Assembly: GCA_964357345.1 (NCBI GenBank)
Contig: CAYHKS010000002.1
Span: 1 to 25,480 of the forward strand
From: an uncultured Candidatus Saccharibacteria bacterium
GTDB taxonomy: Bacteria > Patescibacteriota > Minisyncoccia > Phycocordibacterales > Zambryskibacteraceae
Direction of reading: 5' to 3'
Length of the DNA: 25,480 nt
The first letter of the stretch is position 1. Every line of letters starts with the position of its first letter. The notes beneath the pieces are model-generated. The model had not been told where the DNA came from and searched no databases. It worked only from the letters and a program-made list of their open reading frames with translations. Shown here one piece after another: positions 8,350 to 17,333 of the stretch. Position numbers and translations under genes: made by a program.

Positions 8350-10193
8350 GGTTTCAGAAAAATCTTTAAATATTTCCCAGTTCTATGTAGTTCCCAGGCC
8401 TTTTTGAAGTCTTTGAGAGGCATAGCCGTCAGCATGGAATCTGGAATATCAATTTTTGGCAATAGCATCAAGGCCTGATGGAAATCTTGCGAATCTCCTC
8501 CCACAGAACCGGCAAAAACTTTTTCGTGCCCAACTAAATCTTCAAAATTGTAACTAATATCTCCGTAGGGAAAGCCGAGCAACATTATTGTGCAATCGGT
8601 ACGACTTTTTTTAACTACTTGCTCAAGAACCTCTTTGGACCCTGTTGCCTCGATAATTACATTAAATGATTCAAGATCAACGAGTGACGTAGAAATACTA
8701 CTAACCTTATCTTTCAAAAGCTTCAATCTATCGTTGCTCCTATCAAAAACACTAACCTTATAACCTTCAAGTGCAAGGACCTGTGAGCATAGGAAACCGA
8801 TTGGCCCAGCTCCTGTCACCGCAATTTTAGCTTGTGGAGTCAGCCTATTCCTTATTCTTCTTATGGCTCGTAGGATAACGGCTGTTGGCTCGGTTAGGGC
8901 GGCTTTCTTCGAGTCTAGATTGTCTGGTATGTGGTGGATAGCATCTCCGGGCATGACTATATATTTACTGTAAGCGCCATTAAAGTTAATAACTCCAACC
9001 TCTTTGCGATTAGAGCTATCGCGCGATAAGATACACTCCCCCACCACCTTTTGACCAACCTTGAAACGTTCACGAAATTTATTATTCGAACCGATTCTTA
9101 TTATTGTTGCGGAGAATTCATGCCCTGGAACAATCGGATATTTAGCCAACCCATCACGGTAATATCCTAAAGCTCCCTCAAGAATTTCTATATCCGTTCG
9201 ACACACGCCAACATAATCTACTTCAAGCATGATGTCTCCGGGCTTCATCTCTGGCAAGAGCACTTCCTCAAGTTCAGCCTTGTTCTTACCCTTGATAACT
9301 ACGGATTGGTTTTTTATCAACGATAAAATGCCAAGTCCCTCTCTGTTCAGATCTAGATTTCTATCTTTAAACCAACCCTGTCTACTCCCTTTCCATTGAT
9401 AATATCGAAAACGCAGTATCTCTTCGACTCTTTGCCAAGAGTAATTTGGGAAGGTGTGAAAAATATCGTCCGCCAAGCGAAGTGCGAGCCAAAAAACACT
9501 CAACCTAGTCTGAGGCGGATGCTTTAACCCAATTCTTACGGAAGCTATGGACTCTCGTCTGTAACGGTTGAAAACTTGATGCCACTCCTCTGTGTGGATG
9601 TGATATATAGTGGCTTTCGGTTCGTAATGAATAATATGCCCCATCTCGGCCATGTGTCGTGCCCAGTCAATGTCTTCGAGCCCAAAGAGATACTCATCAA
9701 AGTGATGACTCCTCCATAAATCCTTCCTGATGGCCGAATTTGCATTATTGGCATAATCAATAGCAGTCGTAGCATCTATTGGTTCCAAGCCGAATAGTCT
9801 ACGGAGATCCATCTTTTCTGAGAACTTCGATTGGCTTGCCCCCACCTGGCGTCCATATACCATGGCTACCTTCTCGTTTATGAAAGGTGCAATAAGATTG
9901 GAGAGCCATTTGTCGTTTACTGGCAGTACATGTGCTGAAGCGAAGACTAAATACTTACCCTTACTCTCCTCACATCCAATATTAAGAGCGTAACCAAATG
10001 TGAAGTCTCTACTCTCTATCTTTATAACCCTTACCTGGAACTCTTTTGCAATCTCGACTGTTCTATCGTTTGAGCTTGAGTCAACAATGATAACCTCATA
10101 GTCCTGATAATCTTGAGTCTTAAGAGCTCGCAGCAAGTTACCGAGATGCTTCTCTTCGTTAAGAGTCCTGATGATAATACTGGTCTCAGGCAT
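8346..10193 (-). CDS. Fusion of a GT2 glycosyltransferase (aa ~1-285) and a Zn-dependent MDR sugar/polyol dehydrogenase (aa ~294-615)
   Basis: GT2 part: SIIIRTLNEE, IIVDSSSNDRT, LEDIDW. MDR part: GVCRTD, PGHEFS, LTEP, GAGPIG. One uninterrupted frame. Confidence 0.9.
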   Translation of the reverse strand: MPETSIIIRTLNEEKHLGNLLRALKTQDYQDYEVIIVDSSSNDRTVEIAKEFQVRVIKIESRDFTFGYALNIGCEESKGKYLVFASAHVLPVNDKWLSNLIAPFINEKVAMVYGRQVGASQSKFSEKMDLRRLFGLEPIDATTAIDYANNANSAIRKDLWRSHHFDEYLFGLEDIDWARHMAEMGHIIHYEPKATIYHIHTEEWHQVFNRYRRESIASVRIGLKHPPQTRLSVFWLALRLADDIFHTFPNYSWQRVEEILRFRYYQWKGSRQGWFKDRNLDLNREGLGILSLIKNQSVVIKGKNKAELEEVLLPEMKPGDIMLEVDYVGVCRTDIEILEGALGYYRDGLAKYPIVPGHEFSATIIRIGSNNKFRERFKVGQKVVGECILSRDSSNRKEVGVINFNGAYSKYIVMPGDAIHHIPDNLDSKKAALTEPTAVILRAIRRIRNRLTPQAKIAVTGAGPIGFLCSQVLALEGYKVSVFDRSNDRLKLLKDKVSSISTSLVDLESFNVIIEATGSKEVLEQVVKKSRTDCTIMLLGFPYGDISYNFEDLVGHEKVFAGSVGGDSQDFHQALMLLPKIDIPDSMLTAMPLKDFKKAWELHRTGKYLKIFLKP

Positions 10194-10971
10194 AGTGTGC
10201 GATAAGATTATCCCCGGACATAAGCTCCTCTACTTTCTTGAGATCACTTAAAGTGTCCACAGCTTGAGTTTCAAAATATTCTGGGATCATCTTCACTTTG
10301 AAGCCGTATTCGAGTACCCGATTCATATCAATCGACTCAATAATTTCAAGTGGAGTTGGCTCAAGCTCATTGAACTTCAGAAGAAAGTCTCGAGTAAAAG
10401 GGATAACACAGACCTGTTTCCAAGTTGGCGGCATCGTGCCGTGCCACTTCTTACTTGAGGGAACGGGTTCACGAGAGAAGTACAAGGCATAGTTATTTTT
10501 ATCAGTAATCACCTTGGGACAATTTGGATCATTCCGTTCTTCAACAGTTGTAACCGGAGCCATCAAGTTTACCACTTTTATATCGGTATCTTCTAGAAGA
10601 GGTTCGACGGCCATATCTATCATTTCCGGTTTTATCATGGGTTCATCTCCCTGAATCATCACAATGATATCAACTCTTTTGCCTGTGGACTTCTCGATCT
10701 TCTTCAAGGCTTCGGCTGTTCTATCAGAAGCTCGTTCATGGGTGTTCATTGTCATTATCCATTTAGCTCCAATAGAATCAGCATATTTACCTATCTCTTC
10801 ATCACAAGTCGCTATATAGATTTCGTTCAAACTTTGACTCAACTTACTCCTGTGGTAAACATGTCCGATCATTGGCATACCTAAGATCTTTTCCAATGGC
10901 TTACCAGGGAATCTTGAGGATCCCATTCTAGCGGGAATAATGCCAACGATATTAAGATTATTTTTCTCCAT
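10186..10971 (-). CDS. kdsB: KdsB-family (CMP-Kdo synthetase-like) cytidylyltransferase, divergent substrate pocket
   Basis: IIPARMGSSRFPGKPL, QGDEP, ALYFSR-x-P-x-P and AVDT-x-x-DL. The symbol denotes family membership only; the substrate may not be Kdo. Confidence 0.88.
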   Translation of the reverse strand: MEKNNLNIVGIIPARMGSSRFPGKPLEKILGMPMIGHVYHRSKLSQSLNEIYIATCDEEIGKYADSIGAKWIMTMNTHERASDRTAEALKKIEKSTGKRVDIIVMIQGDEPMIKPEMIDMAVEPLLEDTDIKVVNLMAPVTTVEERNDPNCPKVITDKNNYALYFSREPVPSSKKWHGTMPPTWKQVCVIPFTRDFLLKFNELEPTPLEIIESIDMNRVLEYGFKVKMIPEYFETQAVDTLSDLKKVEELMSGDNLIAHYA

Positions 10972-10978
10972 AACCTTG

Positions 10979-10984
10979 ACTATA
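10979..10984 (-). promoter_or_regulatory. Putative -10 element for a leaderless kdsB-like transcript
   Basis: TATAGT followed by exactly 7 nt (CAAGGTT) and then ATG 10971, within a 15-bp intergenic gap. Confidence 0.4.
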
Positions 10985-10986
10985 AC

Positions 10987-11868
10987 TTATATCTCCTCGA
11001 AGTCCAGATGTTTGATTTGTTCAAATTGCTCGTGAGCACTGCCAAATTTTCTAAGAACAAACGGGTTCGGATAAAAAACTTCATCTGGAGAAAGCTCAAT
11101 AAACTTATTCTTGGCAACATCTTCCTTAACAAAGAAGGCGTCGTGACCGTGAGTATCACAAGCAACTAGGATATACTTTTTTTCTTTGGCCAATTTTGTT
11201 AAAGCAGTTAAAGAAGCACCGAAGTATAGAGGGTGATTTTGCTTTGGATTGAATCGTTGTGTAGCATCATATTTTTTAGTCAGCGGATGAAGACCTAGCG
11301 ATGCGTTGTATTCAATCACTACTACTCTAGGGTTAACCACTGTGATTGCCTCCCAAACCCAGTAATCATTTCCATCTATATCGATAGAAAGAAGATCAAT
11401 CTCCCTTCTGATGGCTCCATCGGTAATAGTTTTATTAATATTTTCTGCAGTAACGAAAGATTGTACAACTTGAACATTGAATCCATTATAGAAATCTCTG
11501 GCAGATTGAACCCATTTTTCATTAGCATCGATCATAAGGCCCTGCCAACCAAAATTCCGAGAAAGATTCGCTGTATTGCACTCTCGGCCATCTTCTATGC
11601 CCATTTCCACAAAAGTTCGATTAGTTACACCTATTTTTGAAAAAACATATGCCAAGATACCGTCACAGCCATGTTTAGAGTAAATTTTAAACTCCGCATT
11701 TCTGAAAGCAATTCTTTGACTCAAATTATCAGACATAAGATTTTGATAATGAGTGACAAACAAATTGTTCAACCTACCTTCAAGAATATTAATTTTTTCA
11801 GGATAAAAAATATCTCTAATAAAAATAAAAACTTTTGTGGGTAAGATTCTTTTAAGAAAGTTTTTCAT
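10987..11868 (-). CDS. FkbM-like SAM-dependent methyltransferase (putative sugar O-methyltransferase)
   Basis: YSKHGCDG, FVEMGIEDGRECNT, W-x-GLMID, DLLSIDIDGNDYWVW, PRVVVIEYN and GAS-x-x-AL form a pattern typical of FkbM-like glycan-locus methyltransferases. Start at MKNF (ATG 11868); the track uses TTG 11877. Confidence 0.65.
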   Translation of the reverse strand: MKNFLKRILPTKVFIFIRDIFYPEKINILEGRLNNLFVTHYQNLMSDNLSQRIAFRNAEFKIYSKHGCDGILAYVFSKIGVTNRTFVEMGIEDGRECNTANLSRNFGWQGLMIDANEKWVQSARDFYNGFNVQVVQSFVTAENINKTITDGAIRREIDLLSIDIDGNDYWVWEAITVVNPRVVVIEYNASLGLHPLTKKYDATQRFNPKQNHPLYFGASLTALTKLAKEKKYILVACDTHGHDAFFVKEDVAKNKFIELSPDEVFYPNPFVLRKFGSAHEQFEQIKHLDFEEI

Positions 11869-13081
11869 ATATAGCAATGTGTTGAACTACTTTATCCTCC
11901 AGATTGAATTCTGATTTTACCCTTTCTTGCCCGGCTTTACCAAGCTTTGATGCCTGCTGGGGATTTTTTAATAAAGTAACAATTTTTTCTGCCATTTCCT
12001 TAGTCTTGAGGGGATTAACAACGTATCCAGTAATTCCATCCAAAATGAGTTCTCGGGCTCCTCCATAGGGAGTCCCCACTACTGGTTTTCCTGCTGCCAT
12101 AGCAGAGAGCACGGTTCTAGGGAAGGCATCAAAGCAGACAGAAGGAACCAACACAACATCAGAAGAAGCGTAGATGTATTTCATCTCAGCTCTTCCGATC
12201 CAACCAGCAAAAAGAAGTTTGTCCTCTATGCCCATTTTGCGGGCCTCGTCTTTCATCTTTTCTGAATATGCATCAGTTTTACCTGCAATCAAAAGTACCA
12301 ACTCTGGTATCTCTTTAGAAATTTTGTCTATAGTCTCTAGAACATATTTACCGCCCTTAGCTTCGCTTATTCGTCCACTAAACAAAACTACTTTTTTACC
12401 GACCAAGCCATGTTTAGCTCTAAACTGTTCGGCATCCTCATTTGAAACATGTCGTTCCGAGACGGATGAGCCTGTATACATAACTTCTACATTCTTGATA
12501 CCGTTTTGCTCAAGAGCAATTCTTAAGGCATTACTGACAGCAAGCAATTTATCTGCATACCCAAGATATTTCCTTATAATAAAATTCCTGAAGGGATTCC
12601 AACTCTTTTTAGCTTGTTTAAGATTATCCAACCAGGTGAGACGACAATCAAAATTTTCGAGATAACGCTTTGTGTTCAATTTCCCATAACTAAATGTCAT
12701 CGCATCACGAGCGGTAAACACAACTACTTTAGTATATTTCTTAGAGAGTTTGATGGAATGATATGACAAATAGAGATGCACATTGTTCACGTGTACTACA
12801 TCAGGTTTTAGTTTCTTAAGAATCTCCTCAAGTTTTTTGATTACAGGTCTGTTATACAAACTAATGTATGACCGCCATCTGGCAGGATAATCGCTTGCGA
12901 TTTTCCAAACCGTAAGCCCTTGATAATCCGACTGCCCCGCCTCTGCTTCCTCACGACAAGTTGTTACAACAAAGACTTCATGTCCTGCCTTTTTCATTCC
13001 CAGAGCCAGGTCACAGGTAGAAATTCCTGCTCCTCCGAAGCTCTGTGGCGGAAAATCATCGGCAAGAAACAAGATTTTCAT
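11852..13081 (-). CDS. GT4 family glycosyltransferase
   Basis: MKILF...FPPQSFGGA, GHEVFV, PDVVHVNN, FSGRISEAKG, and PSVCFDAFPRTVLSAMAAGKPVV (D/S replace the usual E-x7-E). Confidence 0.92.
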   Translation of the reverse strand: MKILFLADDFPPQSFGGAGISTCDLALGMKKAGHEVFVVTTCREEAEAGQSDYQGLTVWKIASDYPARWRSYISLYNRPVIKKLEEILKKLKPDVVHVNNVHLYLSYHSIKLSKKYTKVVVFTARDAMTFSYGKLNTKRYLENFDCRLTWLDNLKQAKKSWNPFRNFIIRKYLGYADKLLAVSNALRIALEQNGIKNVEVMYTGSSVSERHVSNEDAEQFRAKHGLVGKKVVLFSGRISEAKGGKYVLETIDKISKEIPELVLLIAGKTDAYSEKMKDEARKMGIEDKLLFAGWIGRAEMKYIYASSDVVLVPSVCFDAFPRTVLSAMAAGKPVVGTPYGGARELILDGITGYVVNPLKTKEMAEKIVTLLKNPQQASKLGKAGQERVKSEFNLEDKVVQHIAIYEKLS

Positions 13082-14820
13082 GGATTAAATTTATAGATTA
13101 TTATATTGCCAAATTCAGAAGCCTCGTCCAAATAATTAAAACGGTCTAGTTGCCAAGACGGATTGGTAGATTTATCCCAGACTAGATACTCAACTTCATA
13201 TTTTTTCCACATATCACGCAACCATTGAGCAGTAGGAAGAGAAAAAGTTTCTTCATACAAAGCAGTAAACTCATTTATCTTGTCATCAGGGATTGCTTCA
13301 TAGGAGCCGAGCTTCGGCTTGTAATACATGCCGTACATTATGGTGGATATTCTCACCCGCTCCTGATTGTGGAAGAGTTCACTAGCCTCCTCCTCGCCGA
13401 CTCCCTCTAACCTGTAGTATGTAAAGAGGGCATCTCTAACCCGTTCTTCTGATGCTGCAAGGGAGAGCGGTCCCTTAAAGTGATGGAAGACATTCAGAGG
13501 TGTGTAGATGACTGTTAAATCAGATCCCTTATCGTTTGCAAAAACTACCGCCTCTTTGGGCGCAAACTGAGTTAACCACTTCATAGCTGGCCCATATTTT
13601 TGCTCTCCAATTGAGGGGGTCAAGCCGTCATTATGATCATATCTATACGAAGCTAATTGGGTAAATATTGCTACATACAGACCTACAGCGATTATTGATG
13701 CTGTGAGTATTTTTTTGTAAGATTCTTTACCGAATCGACTTATCAAATTGAAAATTACCCAGATTACAAAAATGACGGCCATTGGCTTGTGGAAATACCA
13801 ATGATAATGCGCTGCTTGCATTTCCTTGCCAGTAATAACTTGCTGACTCATGGTTACAAAAGGTGCCAGGAGGAGCGCCAAACCAAAATAGTATTTTTCC
13901 CTATCCTCTTTTGAAAAACCTAGAAGAAAGACGAGGATGCCTACAATTACTACATACCCCACGAACAATGGGGCATGGGTTTCCACCACGCCAGCCCTCA
14001 TACTTGCCGCCTCATACACGGGGTGAAGCGTGGAATTATATAGGTTAATCATGTAAGGAACAGCAAGTAGCAAGGCTCCCAAAAAGACGTAGCCCAGCCT
14101 TGCCGCTTCTTGCCAGTTCCTTCTGATGATATAGACCAAAATTAAAATTCCCCCAAAAGCATATAAGTATGTCCAAGAATAAAAATAGTTATAAAAATTC
14201 AAACTCAAAAATACCGCGCTGAGAACTCCCCATTTCCAGCTTTTTTTGCGATAAAAAATCCAGAAAGATATCAGAAATAGAAAGACAGGAATATAGATCA
14301 TGGCGGGATTTACCGGACTTGCGAGTTCCAGAAAAGACTTTGGGCTTAACCCGCTAAAAAGCCTCTTTAACCCCCAAAAAGACAAAATTGGTCCAGCAAA
14401 AAGAATAGTCGCGGAACTAGAGAGAGCTATCAACCTGTTTTGAGACAATAAGTAAACAAAACCATAAAAGAGTAGAAAGACTATCGGCGAAAGCACAATA
14501 AATGAGAGCAAGATGGTGTTGCCTATATCAAGAGAGAAGATTGCGCCCATATACGCAACAATCATGGAACCGAACGGTTGAAATAAATAAGGGAGATCTT
14601 TGCCTTCTTTGTAATATATACTTCCCCAGTTGAGATGCCCATCCTGAACCTCCCGCACTCGCGGCACCCATGGAGAATTGTTCATTAATTCTACCCCTTG
14701 ATAAATCTCTTTTTGGTCGATACGAAAGTATATTGTCGGGAAGGCAGTAATTATAGATATAGCAATTGCTAAAATTATAGCTACTTTATGCTCTGACAAA
14801 ATCTGTTTAAATTTAGTCAT
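13078..14820 (-). CDS. Multi-pass membrane protein, putative GT-C (lipid-linked-donor) glycosyltransferase; paralog of 18323..19813
   Basis: N-terminal TM, a loop (RVREVQDGH), about 10 further hydrophobic segments and a soluble C-terminal domain (WLTQFAPKEAVVFAN). This is ArnT/GT-C-like topology. Located beside polyprenol-phosphate GT and GtrA genes. Confidence 0.55.
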   Translation of the reverse strand: MTKFKQILSEHKVAIILAIAISIITAFPTIYFRIDQKEIYQGVELMNNSPWVPRVREVQDGHLNWGSIYYKEGKDLPYLFQPFGSMIVAYMGAIFSLDIGNTILLSFIVLSPIVFLLFYGFVYLLSQNRLIALSSSATILFAGPILSFWGLKRLFSGLSPKSFLELASPVNPAMIYIPVFLFLISFWIFYRKKSWKWGVLSAVFLSLNFYNYFYSWTYLYAFGGILILVYIIRRNWQEAARLGYVFLGALLLAVPYMINLYNSTLHPVYEAASMRAGVVETHAPLFVGYVVIVGILVFLLGFSKEDREKYYFGLALLLAPFVTMSQQVITGKEMQAAHYHWYFHKPMAVIFVIWVIFNLISRFGKESYKKILTASIIAVGLYVAIFTQLASYRYDHNDGLTPSIGEQKYGPAMKWLTQFAPKEAVVFANDKGSDLTVIYTPLNVFHHFKGPLSLAASEERVRDALFTYYRLEGVGEEEASELFHNQERVRISTIMYGMYYKPKLGSYEAIPDDKINEFTALYEETFSLPTAQWLRDMWKKYEVEYLVWDKSTNPSWQLDRFNYLDEASEFGNIIIYKFNP

Positions 14821-16336
14821 TGAAAGAAAATGTGCGTTTTATAATATAGGCATTACCTTCTAATTTTTCTTCCAAAACTGGCGAGAGTCTGTTTCGGGCA
14901 AGCTCCGGAATCGGGGCATACTTGGAGCTCGGAACAGCGCTATAGGATGCTTTCACGCCGGAAATTATATCATCTTTAAGATCCACACCAAAAACAGTGT
15001 CGGTGACAATTACTTTGTGTGGACTATACTCAATTACCCGTTTGAACGGTACGGCTGAAACACCAGAGTAACTGATCATTTTGTGACGCAGCAAATCTTT
15101 GACGAACTTATATAGATATGGGATCCTGCCGAAAATAAATTGCCAAAGTTTGAAGACAATGGCTGTATGAGTTTTAAGAAGAGGCTCTTTTATCTTTTTT
15201 GCCGAACCTGAAGTTTTAAGGATTCCTGTCTGAAAAGATATTTCGTTAGCACTGTCTAGAATGCCTGTTGAGAATTTCTCCCCGCCAAAATTAATTTCTA
15301 GACCACTGTCAAAATAGACTTTTCCGCCAGAGTACAATCTGAATGATCCTCCCTTTTTCGCATTAGATACGAGATAATATTTTTTGTTCACCACTCTCAA
15401 AATAGAACTTTCATTAAAGAAACTCTCTCCGAGACTCACCTTAATCGGCTGCGGCGCAATCTCGATCCCAGTCTCAATCCAGTTATAAAGAATGTAGCAA
15501 AGGTAGCGATCATCAAGATGGGCTGGCCTAACTGCTCCCAAATACGCGAGCGATGTAGAGGGTATTATATATTCGGTATTTCTCGACATGTATTCCCCAC
15601 CAGCCGTATGATCTGGATTGATGAAAGTTTCTACAAATTTTTTTGCCTTACTGATAGCCGCATCTGCTTTAGTAGAGTGGGTAAGCTTCCGATACTTTTC
15701 CAAATAACTTATTGTCAAAGATAGATAGCCTATATCCGGACCCCCATATTCACTCCACCATCCTTCTTCATTCTGTTTCTCTAAAAATTCTTCAAGGAGA
15801 TGCCCGGTATCCTTGCCGGCAAGAGCTAGAGCAAAAATTGCTCCAGACACTTGGTTCATAACCGTGTTTTCCTTGATTTCCAAGAGAAAATCGGCTGCTT
15901 TTTTCAATACATTTCGTGTAAGTATTTCTTCTGCAAAGTTGATGTCGTTACTTTTCAACAGCAAGATGGTTTGCCCAATAGCAGATGTGAGAAAGGCAGT
16001 AGCTACATAAGAACCTTCATTTACATACCATTCATCGAATGACCCATTCGACCTTTGGAGATTTGCTGTAAAACATAGCGCAGCGCGTATCCATTCAAGA
16101 ATTTTCTCATCACGATAATATTCATTTCCTTCGAATTGGGAACAAAATAGAAGGGTCAGTGTATAGACCGCCTCTTGATAACGAGCACAACTAATGTCAT
16201 TAGTTCGATAATGCCAAAAAGCACGATCGAAAGACCCATAGGAAAGTGACGAAGGGTTTCGGTTGAGTTGTCCTAAAAGCCTCGGCATTTGCGCCAACGC
16301 TTCTCTAAGAAATTCGTTACTCGCTTTCTTCATCAA
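14813..16336 (-). CDS. Uncharacterised soluble protein with repeated helical G-x-F/W-x-E-W/Y motifs (alpha/alpha-barrel-like) and a beta-rich C-terminus
   Basis: 507 aa, no signal peptide. Repeats NGSFDEWY and EGWWSEYGGPDIGY follow amphipathic helices. Coupled to both neighbours by overlaps. The CDS is certain; the fold is inferred. Confidence 0.5.
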   Translation of the reverse strand: MMKKASNEFLREALAQMPRLLGQLNRNPSSLSYGSFDRAFWHYRTNDISCARYQEAVYTLTLLFCSQFEGNEYYRDEKILEWIRAALCFTANLQRSNGSFDEWYVNEGSYVATAFLTSAIGQTILLLKSNDINFAEEILTRNVLKKAADFLLEIKENTVMNQVSGAIFALALAGKDTGHLLEEFLEKQNEEGWWSEYGGPDIGYLSLTISYLEKYRKLTHSTKADAAISKAKKFVETFINPDHTAGGEYMSRNTEYIIPSTSLAYLGAVRPAHLDDRYLCYILYNWIETGIEIAPQPIKVSLGESFFNESSILRVVNKKYYLVSNAKKGGSFRLYSGGKVYFDSGLEINFGGEKFSTGILDSANEISFQTGILKTSGSAKKIKEPLLKTHTAIVFKLWQFIFGRIPYLYKFVKDLLRHKMISYSGVSAVPFKRVIEYSPHKVIVTDTVFGVDLKDDIISGVKASYSAVPSSKYAPIPELARNRLSPVLEEKLEGNAYIIKRTFSFND

Positions 16337-17276
16337 GATATTCTGCCTCTTTCCGAATAGTATAAATATTTTTCCCGTTATTTTGTCTGATTATGAGCTC
16401 ACCCAGAAAACCGGAGGAAAAAAGCTGGATACCGATGATTACAAGAAGGATGCCAAGCATGAGAAGTGGTCGACTACCAATTAACACGCCTTTGAAAAGT
16501 TTTTCGTAGCTAAGGTATACAAGAATGAGAAAACCAGCCAAAGAAGAGATAGTACCTATAATCCCAAAAAAATGCATTGGCCTGTCTATAAATCGCCGCA
16601 TAAGAATGAGTGTTATGAAATCAAAAAAACTTTTTGGAAGTCGGCGAAAATTTCCATATTTAGAAACGCCAAATTTTCTTTGTCTGTGATTAACAGATAT
16701 TTCAGAAATATTAAAACCTTGCGCCGCTGCAATTGACGGAATGTATCGATACATATCCCCATAAAGATTGAGACTTTTGGCTAACTCTCGAGTGTAAAGC
16801 TTATAGCCACAATTCATATCGTGAACAGATGTACCAGTGAAAATTCTTGTCAAACCATTTGCGAACTTAGAAACCATCCTTTTTGCAAAACTATCAAGGC
16901 GATGCTCCTTCCAGCCACACACTAAGTCAACCCTGTCCCTTCCCATTTTCTCAAGAAATCTAGGAATCTCATTCGGATCATCTTGCAAATCACCATCCAT
17001 AGTAAAGATATAATTCCCCAGAGCTAGATGAAAACCTGCCTGAAGAGCCTGAGATTTACCGAAGTTTCTAGAAAATTGAATGAGCTTCGCCGGTTTCAGT
17101 TTCGAAAGGACTTCAGATGTTTTATCTGTAGATCCATCATCAACAAAAATAATCTCAAAACTTTTACCAAGAGGATTAAGAACGTTTAATAGTTCAGAGT
17201 GAAGTTGACCTACAGATTCCGATTCGTTATAAACCGGAATAATTATTGATAGTTGGGGCCAAGGACCCTTAGTCAT
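16317..17276 (-). CDS. GT2 polyprenol-phosphate glycosyltransferase (GtrB/ArnC/YkoT-like) with two C-terminal TM helices
   Basis: IIIPVYNE, IIFVDDGSTD, FSRNFGKSQAL, TMDGDLQDDP, DMNCGYK, R-x-x-G-x-SKY and two C-terminal hydrophobic segments. Confidence 0.92.
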   Translation of the reverse strand: MTKGPWPQLSIIIPVYNESESVGQLHSELLNVLNPLGKSFEIIFVDDGSTDKTSEVLSKLKPAKLIQFSRNFGKSQALQAGFHLALGNYIFTMDGDLQDDPNEIPRFLEKMGRDRVDLVCGWKEHRLDSFAKRMVSKFANGLTRIFTGTSVHDMNCGYKLYTRELAKSLNLYGDMYRYIPSIAAAQGFNISEISVNHRQRKFGVSKYGNFRRLPKSFFDFITLILMRRFIDRPMHFFGIIGTISSLAGFLILVYLSYEKLFKGVLIGSRPLLMLGILLVIIGIQLFSSGFLGELIIRQNNGKNIYTIRKEAEYLDEESE

Positions 17277-17333
17277 GATGAGTAATTAAATCACAAATAA
17301 ACCCCGCTTACAAGAGAGATGCCACGAGAAGAC

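Noticed and set aside
10186-10971. Calling the locus a standard LPS core/Kdo biosynthesis cluster
   Set aside because: No kdsA/C/D, waaA, lpx or heptose-pathway genes are in the window, and the KdsB sugar pocket is atypical. They could lie elsewhere in the genome.
17277-17333. Sigma70 promoter TTGTAA-N17-TTTAAT upstream of the GtrB-like gene
   Set aside because: The -10 lacks the near-invariant A at its second position, and such matches are common in AT-rich DNA.
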